A stretch of DNA of 13,213 nucleotides from an uncultured archaeon (lineage in GTDB: Archaea; Asgardarchaeota; Thorarchaeia; Thorarchaeales; Thorarchaeaceae), in contig CAZVZC010000013.1 in assembly GCA_964631415.1 (NCBI GenBank), positions 28,743 through 41,955 on the forward strand. Direction: 5' to 3'. Position numbers and translations under genes: made by a program. Below are positions 1-7,189 of the stretch, piece after piece. Position 1 is the first letter of the stretch, and each line of letters opens with the position of its first letter. A model generated the notes under the pieces. That model worked only from the letters and a program-made list of their open reading frames with translations, did not search any database and had not been told where the DNA came from.

Positions 1-610
1 CCTGTTCAAAGCCGACAAGTGGATCCTCGTACGCAATCTTCCCATTTCTGAGAACCATGCAAGGCTCAACGTATTCATTGATCAGACCCTCGACGGAGAA
101 GACTATGGAGTAGTTGAGTGGAGGTTGGGGCTTCTGTTGGAGTCCTCCCACCCTGATCTTGACCCGGTCAGTCCTGCTCAAGTAGTCAACTCCATCACGG
201 ACTAGGATGTTTGTCATTCCGGGAGCAACTCCGCAATCGGGAACCACCGTTATTCCTGCGGCCTTTGCCCTGTCATGAAGTTCCAACTGCTTCTCGACCA
301 CTCTGAAGTTGCCGCCAAGGTCACAGAGATGAACATGTGTTTCGATTGCGGCCTCCGTGTGGAGCAGGTTCATGGAGTAACTCACGCAGCTGACCACTGA
401 GTCGACCTTAGAGAAGGCCCTGATGAGCTGGCCTCTGTCCCTCGCGTCCAGCTTCTCCGGCACAGCCTTGGGACCCACCGCCTTTGCGAGGGCTTCCGCA
501 CGTTGAAAGTCGATGTCTGCCACATGCACCTGTTCGACTTTGGGGCTTCGCACAAGGTCGTGTGCTGCTCCTCTTCCCATGAGACCCGCGCCCAAGACTA
601 GAACCTTCAA
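1..610 (-). CDS. Saccharopine dehydrogenase / lysine 6-dehydrogenase family NAD(P)-dependent oxidoreductase (N-terminal ~203 aa; runs off the left edge)
   Basis: Not in the ORF track. Manual translation from TTG at 610 gives MKVLVLGAGLMGRGAAHDLVRSPKVEQVHVADID...SCVSYSMN...HLCDLGGN...TVVPDCGVAPGMTNIL...KIRVGGLQQKPQPPLNYSIVFSVEGLINEYVEP, with no stop to position 1. It has a Rossmann GxGxxG plus the DLGG, CGxAPG and VGGL..P..PLxY..FSxEGLINEY motifs of this family. GAGGG lies about 10 nt upstream of the TTG; an in-frame TTG at 619 is an alternative start. Confidence 0.88.
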   Translation of the reverse strand, partial: MKVLVLGAGLMGRGAAHDLVRSPKVEQVHVADIDFQRAEALAKAVGPKAVPEKLDARDRGQLIRAFSKVDSVVSCVSYSMNLLHTEAAIETHVHLCDLGGNFRVVEKQLELHDRAKAAGITVVPDCGVAPGMTNILVRDGVDYLSRTDRVKIRVGGLQQKPQPPLNYSIVFSVEGLINEYVEPCMVLRNGKIAYEDPLVGFEQ

Positions 611-866
611 GTCGACCAATCCCTCGCGAATACTGCTCTATATGAGGGGACCCAGAGCAGAAAACAGTATCGACAGATGCATGTCGTCACTGGCCTCGCT
701 GTTAACACCATGTCATCAACATGGCTCTCCTCAGAAGTTGTCCTTGTCCGTCGCTTCTGTGCCTGATCTTCGGCGTGACTCATCGTGTTCATTGTGCCGC
801 TCTGCGAGGATAGTTTGACATGGACATTGCCGAGCGATACGATGACACTATAACATGATATTGACA

Positions 867-2753
867 CTAGACCTCTCGGGAGAAGACTGGCTGCATCGAT
901 ACGAGCTTTGGCATCAGCAGACGTTGCTTGGGAGCGAATGACGTCTTGTCGTTGATGGTCTTGACCAGTTCAATAAGGGTCATGGATACCTGGTCTCGTT
1001 TCTCACGCCGACGGACAGACATCTTCCCGCTCTTCATCTCCTCATCGCCGACCACACAGATGAATGGTACCCAGAGCTTCTCAGCTGCCCTGACCTTCTT
1101 CGCGACGGTCATCTCCCTGTCATCGATCTCATGACGGATACATGACTTGTCCAGTTCGGTACCGAGCTTGAGGCAATAGCTGAGATGGGCAGTGTCCACT
1201 GGCAGAAGTCTTACCTGCACAGGTGTCATCCATAGGGGTATGTGTGGGACGTTGCCTTCCTTGATGTCCTTGTACGCCTGCTCAAGAACACCATACACAA
1301 TCCTCTCGATTGATCCCGAAGGAGAGGTATGCAGGATGAGTGGATGCTTCTCGACTCCCGACTCATCAACGTATCTTATGTTGAACCTCTCACCATTCTC
1401 CACATCAATCTGACAGGTGGCGAGACAGCCTGCCTTCTTCTGGTCATCTACTACGTTCCACTCACCTTTGAAGATGAAATAGGCATAGCGCTCGTCGAAC
1501 AACTCGATCATGACCGGCTTCCCGATCTTCGCTACGACTCGTTCCACGAAGGCCTTGTTCTCCTCATAGAAAGATCGAAGCACGCGGAATGAGACCTCGT
1601 ACTTGACCTCAAGTTCGTGCATGAGCTTCTCGATGAACACAAGCTGATTCTCGATCGACTCCTTGGCCATTTTGACGTCTGCAACGATTTCATGGATGTC
1701 CGGCATAGTGAAAGCTCGCGGGCGCCTCATGCCTGCTAGCTCACCGGCTAGCTCTCTCCGATATGATGGAGCTATCTCAAAGAGTTTGAGAGGCAACTGC
1801 TTGTACGAGACCTGAGCCTGAGAGATGAGAAGGAACTGGCCGAAGCAGGCGGAGAATCTTGCGAAATAGTCATGGTCACCAGAGCGAACCACATACTGAC
1901 GCGAGGGAAATCTCTGCAAATACGACTTCAGCGACGGGTGCGCGTAGTCGTATATCAGCGGCGTCTGGACAACGAATGCTCCATAGTCGACCATCTCTGC
2001 AGTGACCCTCTCTTCGACAGCCCTCTTGAGCGTGAGGCCGCGTGGGGGCCACCTGAAGTTGCCCGGGTCCGAACCCGGTTCATAGTCGACAAGTTCCAGA
2101 TTCTTCATGATCTCGATATGCGGCGGGGGCTCATGGACGGTCCTGTCCTTTGCTGTTTCATACTTCACGTAGAGCCTGAGCTCCTCCAGTCCCGTGAAGT
2201 CAAACTTGTCCACATCTTCCAGTCTGCCGTCTGGTTGCATGATGAAGAAGTGACTAGTGGCCTTCTGCTCAGCGGCCATCGCAGTTAGGTCCTCTCCTTG
2301 GGTCGTTTCTTTGTCCTTCTTTGCCTGTGTCGTGATGTCAAGCAACTTGGACCTCTCGGCCAGAGGGTGACCCTTGCAGTGAAGGGAGAAGGCCTTGTAC
2401 CATCCGAACGGTGCCCTGACAACCTCGTATTCCCTCAGTTTCAGGCTTTCAGCTACCCCCTTCAGGAGTCTGAGGGCACTGGCAGGGGTCGCTGGCTTCT
2501 CACTGAGGTGCACCCAAGGGTAGACTATGACTCTCCGCTCTTTGATCTCATCAGCTGCGCTCGCAATCATGTCAGCAGTGAGCCGCGCGGCAGTGTCGAT
2601 ATCTGTCTGGTCGGAAGTTTCCGCCGCGATGAAGTTGACAAGACACGATTCGTTCGTGGAGTATGACTTCTGTTCAGCTTCTTCTGCTTCCTTGACTGCC
2701 TTTTTCTTCACTTCATATGCAAAGCCATCAGAGTGAATCTGGAGCATTCTCAT
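867..2753 (-). CDS. thrS: Threonine--tRNA ligase, archaeal type (N-terminal archaeal editing domain, class II catalytic core, anticodon-binding domain)
   Basis: 628 aa. Editing domain: MRMLQIHSD, YPWVHLS, APFGWYKAFSLHCKGHPLAE. Catalytic core: RFSACFGQF, YRRE..GEL.G.RRPRAFTMPDIH, QIDVEN, ILHTSPSGSIER (Zn ligands C, H, H). C-terminal LWMTPVQVRLLPV...KKVRAAEKLWVP...VGDEE. A GAGGT RBS precedes the ATG. Confidence 0.97.
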   Translation of the reverse strand: MRMLQIHSDGFAYEVKKKAVKEAEEAEQKSYSTNESCLVNFIAAETSDQTDIDTAARLTADMIASAADEIKERRVIVYPWVHLSEKPATPASALRLLKGVAESLKLREYEVVRAPFGWYKAFSLHCKGHPLAERSKLLDITTQAKKDKETTQGEDLTAMAAEQKATSHFFIMQPDGRLEDVDKFDFTGLEELRLYVKYETAKDRTVHEPPPHIEIMKNLELVDYEPGSDPGNFRWPPRGLTLKRAVEERVTAEMVDYGAFVVQTPLIYDYAHPSLKSYLQRFPSRQYVVRSGDHDYFARFSACFGQFLLISQAQVSYKQLPLKLFEIAPSYRRELAGELAGMRRPRAFTMPDIHEIVADVKMAKESIENQLVFIEKLMHELEVKYEVSFRVLRSFYEENKAFVERVVAKIGKPVMIELFDERYAYFIFKGEWNVVDDQKKAGCLATCQIDVENGERFNIRYVDESGVEKHPLILHTSPSGSIERIVYGVLEQAYKDIKEGNVPHIPLWMTPVQVRLLPVDTAHLSYCLKLGTELDKSCIRHEIDDREMTVAKKVRAAEKLWVPFICVVGDEEMKSGKMSVRRREKRDQVSMTLIELVKTINDKTSFAPKQRLLMPKLVSMQPVFSREV

Positions 2754-2789
2754 TCTGGAGACCTCTTGTTGCCGTCGGTCATTGCGTCA

Positions 2790-2798
2790 CTTAACTTT
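2790..2798 (-). promoter_or_regulatory. Candidate archaeal BRE/TATA element for thrS
   Basis: The minus strand reads AAAGTTAAG about 40 nt upstream of the thrS ATG, an AT-rich patch in a fairly GC-rich spacer. Position and consensus match only. Confidence 0.3.
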
Positions 2799-2846
2799 GG
2801 TGCAGGCATTGACTTCGAAGCGACTTCTGGGAGCTTCGCTGGGGTT

Positions 2847-2879
2847 GAAGAGAGGCCGCCCTTGGCTCTCAAGGGCAGC
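2847..2879 (-). terminator. Stem-loop plus pyrimidine tract downstream of the solute-binding protein gene (candidate terminator or 3' stabiliser)
   Basis: Minus strand GCTGCCCTTG-AGAGC-CAAGGGCGGC-CTCTCTTC: a 10-bp stem with one G.U pair that forms only on the transcribed strand, starting 16 nt after the stop codon. Confidence 0.5.
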
Positions 2880-2895
2880 ACGTGTGATTCCCTGT

Positions 2896-5259
2896 TCACT
2901 GCCTTCTACTTCTCACAATGAGCGTTCCGAGTACGACGATAACAGCTATTGAGCCGATGGCCACAACGCCTCCAACGCCGCCGAAGAGCCCTCCCCAGAA
3001 AGACTGTTCAGTGACTGTGACCCAGACTGTGTCGGTTGCATAGTTACTAGATGTATCGGTCACAATGATGGTCACATTGTAGACCCCTGGGGTCCAGTCA
3101 CCAATGGATATGGAGATGGTCTCAAGCGTTGAGTTCCAGGGGCCGGACGCTATAACAGACCCATTCCTAAGAACCTGATACGAAGCCGGATTAAGATCCA
3201 GGGGATGCCATGTGACATTATCTTTGACTTGGCCCCGTTCGTAGGTGAAGTCCTCTGGGTGACTAATCGTCGGGTCAGTTGTGTCTGCCGTAACAGTGAC
3301 CCAAACTGTATCTGTTGTATAATGTCCAGGGACGTCAAACACCATGATTGTGAAGTTGTGGGCTCCTGGGCTAAGTCCGTCAACTGATACTGAAATCACT
3401 TCTGAAGAACTGTTCCAGAAACCATAGCCGAAAGGAACTCCATCCCGGACAATAATGTAGAAGGCAGGGTTCTCGTCCCATGGGTGCCAAGTGATAGAGT
3501 TGCCTGTTGACCCCTGCTCATACAGGACATCCCCAGGATTATCTATAGTGGGATCGGTCATGTCCATGATCCTGTAGAAGTAGTATGGATTCTTGGACAA
3601 TTCGCAGAACTCACCCGCGACATACTCGGACACTGTGAATGGTCCTGAGGTCACCATGTCTTCCGTGGGTGGGTGCGGATTCCAACTGTTCCAGCCACTC
3701 GGGCCAATCAGTAGGAAAACGTGTTTCGGGATTATTGGCTTGTAGCCGACTGTGTGCAGGTGCCAGTACGACTCGGAACCGAACTCAACAATGGCTTGGT
3801 ACGTACTCGTCTGGTATGCGGCAGTCATCTCCGCCAGATCAGCGCCATAAGGATTGCCGGATCCGCTCCTGTAGTAGTTCATGGTATAAGCAACATCCTC
3901 AGCGGTCAGAGGATACCCATCAGTCCAAGTTGCGTTCTCGATGAGATTGAAGGTGAACCTCGTGTGCCCCTCTGGAACAGAAAGGTTGTCAGCATGAGTC
4001 TCGGCAATGTAGGACTCGGCCAACCATAGCATGTCACGACCTTGCCCATCACGAATCAAGAGGCTGTCATATAGCTCGTTTAGCACATTCTTGGTGTAGA
4101 CAGAGCTGCTAGCCATGAAGTTGAAGGTGTCAACATCCAAGGAGTTGCTCCATCTGAATGTACCACCAAGCGGACCACCCTGTGACTGCTTCAAGTGCAC
4201 CTTGTAGTTGGTCCACCATCCATGTGGGCCGTCCGAGACGTCATTGACAAAGCCCTCGAACTTGTCGGTCCTATAGGCTGAGAGTAGAACGTTCTCATAA
4301 CAGATGATCATCGGACACTCGTAGACCCAGACCCTCTGCATCTCTATTGCTGCTTCGTAGACATCATCATAGTCTGTTGAATAGAGAAGCTGGTCTCTCC
4401 AGGAATCATAGGACGCGTTTTGGAAGCATGGGAAGTTCCAGTACGGCTCGTCGGCATACTCTGACCAGTACTCGTAAGCAAGCCAGTCGACATCGAAGTC
4501 ACTGAAACTCGCACCCACGAAGACGATGTCATAATCGCCATGGAAGTAGAGTCTGTTCAGATACTCGTAGAAATCAGTCGGCTGAGACGTTGCATCCACG
4601 TGGAGTGCTTGAAGAGCCTCTGCGCATTTTGCTCCTATTCCGATGGCAATCTCTGAGCTTGAGGCGACCTCGATAAGAACATCGAAGTCATCGCTGTGAG
4701 GGCCCTCACGGTAGGTGTCATTGTCAATGTCGAAGAAACCAGCTGCGTCCAGCAGCTGGTTGCCCTTGGCGACATTCGCCTCGTAGTATGTGTATGGCAG
4801 CTGACCCTCGATGGAGAACGGGTTCGTCTTTGGTATGCATGAGTCCAGAGGCTCTGAGAGATTTCCCCATATCTCCGCCGAGATTCTCCATTTATCTAGT
4901 GCGAAGGCGAGGGCTCTCCTGAACCCGATCACGTTGAAGGGGTACTTGTTGCACTTGATTGTCAGGTATCCGTATCCATTCCTCAGAGTCCTAGCGATTC
5001 CGATGTCCTCTGCTTCCTCCAGTTCCGACAAGTAGTCCGGATTGATCGATTCTCCTATCAGGTCTATCTCATCGCCCTCCAGTGCTAGAACCTGCTGATC
5101 GTGCCCTGTTATCACCCTGTAGATCAGCTTGTCGATCAGTGGCCCATGCCTCCTGTAGTCTTCGACGATCGTTCCTGCAGACCCTGATGGCAAGATGCAT
5201 GTCATCGAGAAGATGAATAAGAAAGCCAACACAAGCACTCCCGCCTTGTCAGTGTGCAC
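2896..5259 (-). CDS. ABC transporter substrate-binding protein, family 5 (OppA/DppA-like), circularly permuted, with signal peptide, two Ig-like repeats and a C-terminal membrane anchor
   Basis: 787 aa. Hydrophobic N-terminus (VLVLAFLFIFSMTCIL). Family-5 motifs GPLIDKL, KYPFNVIGFRRALAFALDK, GNQLLDAAG, GGTFRW..DVDTFN, LYDSLL, WLAESY, WTDGYPLTAEDVAYT, SGPFTVSEYVAGEFCELSKNPYYF. C-terminal TM segment followed by RSRRQ. GTG start with GGGAG upstream. Confidence 0.9.
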   Translation of the reverse strand: MHTDKAGVLVLAFLFIFSMTCILPSGSAGTIVEDYRRHGPLIDKLIYRVITGHDQQVLALEGDEIDLIGESINPDYLSELEEAEDIGIARTLRNGYGYLTIKCNKYPFNVIGFRRALAFALDKWRISAEIWGNLSEPLDSCIPKTNPFSIEGQLPYTYYEANVAKGNQLLDAAGFFDIDNDTYREGPHSDDFDVLIEVASSSEIAIGIGAKCAEALQALHVDATSQPTDFYEYLNRLYFHGDYDIVFVGASFSDFDVDWLAYEYWSEYADEPYWNFPCFQNASYDSWRDQLLYSTDYDDVYEAAIEMQRVWVYECPMIICYENVLLSAYRTDKFEGFVNDVSDGPHGWWTNYKVHLKQSQGGPLGGTFRWSNSLDVDTFNFMASSSVYTKNVLNELYDSLLIRDGQGRDMLWLAESYIAETHADNLSVPEGHTRFTFNLIENATWTDGYPLTAEDVAYTMNYYRSGSGNPYGADLAEMTAAYQTSTYQAIVEFGSESYWHLHTVGYKPIIPKHVFLLIGPSGWNSWNPHPPTEDMVTSGPFTVSEYVAGEFCELSKNPYYFYRIMDMTDPTIDNPGDVLYEQGSTGNSITWHPWDENPAFYIIVRDGVPFGYGFWNSSSEVISVSVDGLSPGAHNFTIMVFDVPGHYTTDTVWVTVTADTTDPTISHPEDFTYERGQVKDNVTWHPLDLNPASYQVLRNGSVIASGPWNSTLETISISIGDWTPGVYNVTIIVTDTSSNYATDTVWVTVTEQSFWGGLFGGVGGVVAIGSIAVIVVLGTLIVRSRRQ
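3007..3564 (-). repeat. Two tandem 279-nt (93-aa) Ig-like beta-sandwich repeats inside the solute-binding protein gene
   Basis: Repeat 1 (3286-3564): DMTDPTIDNPGDVLYEQG...ITWHPWDENP...WNS...PG.HNFTI.V.D...TDTVWVTVT. Repeat 2 (3007-3285): DTTDPTISHPEDFTYERG...VTWHPLDLNP...WNS...PG.YNVTI.V.D...TDTVWVTVT. They align without gaps. Confidence 0.85.
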
Positions 5260-5417
5260 GATTCCACAGCTCCCTGCCTTGGTGGGCTACCTGAGGACAC
5301 CGGCCCTATTAACGATGTATGTGTTTTCCTTCCCACATACTCCAGGAGCCCTTGGCCACAAGTGCGGGTGCGACCTACCATTGCACTTATTTCATCCGAT
5401 GGCGGGACATGGACATC

Positions 5418-6845
5418 ATGAAGAGATTCGACGTGCTTGTTCTTGGGTCGGGCGCAGGTGCGAACGTAGCGGCAGACGCCTACGAGCGGGGAATGACGGT
5501 GGCCGTTGTCGACAACGACCGATTCGGTGGCACTTGCCTGAACAGGGGTTGCATACCGACCAAGATTCTCACGCACGTTGCTGACCTCATTGTGGACATC
5601 GGCAAAATGGAGAAAGTGAACCTGAGGGCGAAAGTCGAGGGAGTCGATTTCGAAGGCTTGATGAGCCGAATGCGAAAGGAAACATGGGAGGAGTCAGAGA
5701 GAATAGAGAGGAGCATCGCCGAGAGCAAGGGGTACGAGTTCTACAAAGGGACGGGCGAGTTCGTTGCGGACCACACGATGGAGGTCAACGGAGAGAGAAT
5801 CAAGGCAGATCACGTTGTCTTAGCCTCGGGAGCTAGACCGTCGGTTCCTCCAATCAAGGGCATCGAGCACGTTCACTATCTCACGAATAAGACAGTCCTC
5901 GAGCTCAATGAGAAACCTGAGTCCATGATAATCATTGGGGGTGGCTACATTGCAGTCGAGTTCGGCCACTTCTTTTCCGCCATAGGTACAGATGTCACGA
6001 TTCTCGAGCAGATGCCAAGGCTCTTGACAGCTGAGGATGAGGATGTTTCAGCTCTATTTCAGAAAGAGCTGGCGGCTCGCATGAGGATCTTCACGAACCA
6101 TGAAGTAGTCGGGGCAAGCGAAAGCAACGGCATGAAGACGGTGGTGGCAAGGAACAGACAGTCAGGGGTTGAGAAGGAGCTCACAGCAAAAGCTTTGCTG
6201 ATTGCGGCAGGTCGAATATCGAATGCAGACCTCTTCAAGCCGGAGAAGACCGGAGTGAAGACTGACTCCAAGGGCTGGATCGTTGTAGACGAGTTCCTTC
6301 GGACGACGAAGAAGAACATCTGGGCTCTTGGCGATGCACTTGGAAAGCACATGTTCAGACATGTTGCCAATGTGCAGTCAGGAATCGTGTGGCACAACAT
6401 TGTGGCTACACTTGAATCGAAACGAGGCCAAGAGCCAGAGCTGCACAAGATGGACTATCATGCCATACCGAGAGCTGTGTTCTCGTACCCGCCGATTGCG
6501 ACAGTGGGTATGACACTGCGGGAAGCCGTGGAGTCCGGTCGTGAACTCCTCGTGGGCCAAGCAGACTATGCCATGACTGCAAAGGGCGCAGCTATGGGTT
6601 ATCCGCCGGGCTTTGTCCGCGTGATCTGTGATGGACGTGAGGGCACTGTGCTGGGAGCCACAATAGTCGGACCCGATGCACCGACGTTAATCCAGGAGAT
6701 CACGAATCTGATGAACGCAGGCGATCGCGGCTACGTGCCCATTCTCCAGTCTATTCATATCCATCCCGCATTGCCCGAAGTCGTCCAAGACGCATTCGGG
6801 AATCTTGCACCGTTGGGTCACGTACATGGCCACCATGTCCATTGA
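5418..6845 (+). CDS. Class-I pyridine nucleotide-disulfide oxidoreductase (dihydrolipoamide dehydrogenase / mycothione reductase-like), His-rich C-terminus
   Basis: FAD-binding FDVLVLGSGAG, redox disulfide GGTCLNRGCIPTK, ASGARP, NAD(P)-binding IIGGGYIAVE, WALGD and catalytic HPALPE. The ORF-track start at 5319 looks over-extended; ATG 5418 (475 aa) or ATG 5409 directly precedes the FAD motif. Confidence 0.9.
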   Translation: MKRFDVLVLGSGAGANVAADAYERGMTVAVVDNDRFGGTCLNRGCIPTKILTHVADLIVDIGKMEKVNLRAKVEGVDFEGLMSRMRKETWEESERIERSIAESKGYEFYKGTGEFVADHTMEVNGERIKADHVVLASGARPSVPPIKGIEHVHYLTNKTVLELNEKPESMIIIGGGYIAVEFGHFFSAIGTDVTILEQMPRLLTAEDEDVSALFQKELAARMRIFTNHEVVGASESNGMKTVVARNRQSGVEKELTAKALLIAAGRISNADLFKPEKTGVKTDSKGWIVVDEFLRTTKKNIWALGDALGKHMFRHVANVQSGIVWHNIVATLESKRGQEPELHKMDYHAIPRAVFSYPPIATVGMTLREAVESGRELLVGQADYAMTAKGAAMGYPPGFVRVICDGREGTVLGATIVGPDAPTLIQEITNLMNAGDRGYVPILQSIHIHPALPEVVQDAFGNLAPLGHVHGHHVH

Positions 6846-6916
6846 GTGAAGAGATTGGGCAGTCGTAGCTTGAAACGTCTGCTTGTCATGTTATCCAGAA
6901 AGAGTATTGCCATGGC

Positions 6917-7180
6917 TCACAGTGGCCGGGATGATGGTCCGCCTCCCCCGACAGGAGGAAAGAACACGACAAGGTCGCCTTCCGAGAGCTTCTGTCCTAT
7001 GTCGAACGTGCGTATTCCGTTGACCATTATTATGCGCGCGTGGTCCTTTGGGAAACCCAACTTCTCGATGATTTCCGATATCTTTGCCGTTTCTAGCGCG
7101 ACTGAGAATGACTCGCCTATTGCCGTGCCCTTCGGGGCGAATTGTCGAAGTGTCGCATACAGCTTGACATTGACATGCAT
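6917..7180 (-). CDS. MoaD/ThiS/SAMP-family ubiquitin-like (beta-grasp) sulfur carrier with a C-terminal extension after the GG motif
   Basis: MHVNVKLYATLRQF...ISEIIEKLGF...IIMVNG...LSEGDLVVFFPPVGGG is a canonical MoaD-like pattern, followed by GPSSRPL-stop. A GGTGAG RBS overlapping the upstream stop favours ATG 7180 (87 aa) over GTG 7189. It lies downstream of aor, a common context for such genes. Confidence 0.88.
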   Translation of the reverse strand: MHVNVKLYATLRQFAPKGTAIGESFSVALETAKISEIIEKLGFPKDHARIIMVNGIRTFDIGQKLSEGDLVVFFPPVGGGGPSSRPL

Positions 7181-7189
7181 GCTTCTCAC

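Noticed and set aside
611-866. Lysine riboswitch or T-box near the lysine-related gene and thrS
   Set aside because: No L-box or T-box consensus is visible, the spacer is downstream of thrS rather than upstream, and these elements are bacterial.
607-867. 86-aa minus-strand ORF bridging thrS and the dehydrogenase (and 513..818 on +)
   Set aside because: No recognisable motif or RBS and atypical composition. Its abutting of both neighbours is noted but is insufficient evidence. The + ORF overlaps the dehydrogenase antisense.
5319-5408. N-terminal extension of the disulfide reductase
   Set aside because: It falls in the divergent promoter spacer, and the FAD-binding motif starts right after Met 5418.
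5418-6845. Mercuric reductase (merA)
   Set aside because: It lacks the C-terminal Cys-Cys pair and an N-terminal HMA domain, and there are no mer genes nearby.
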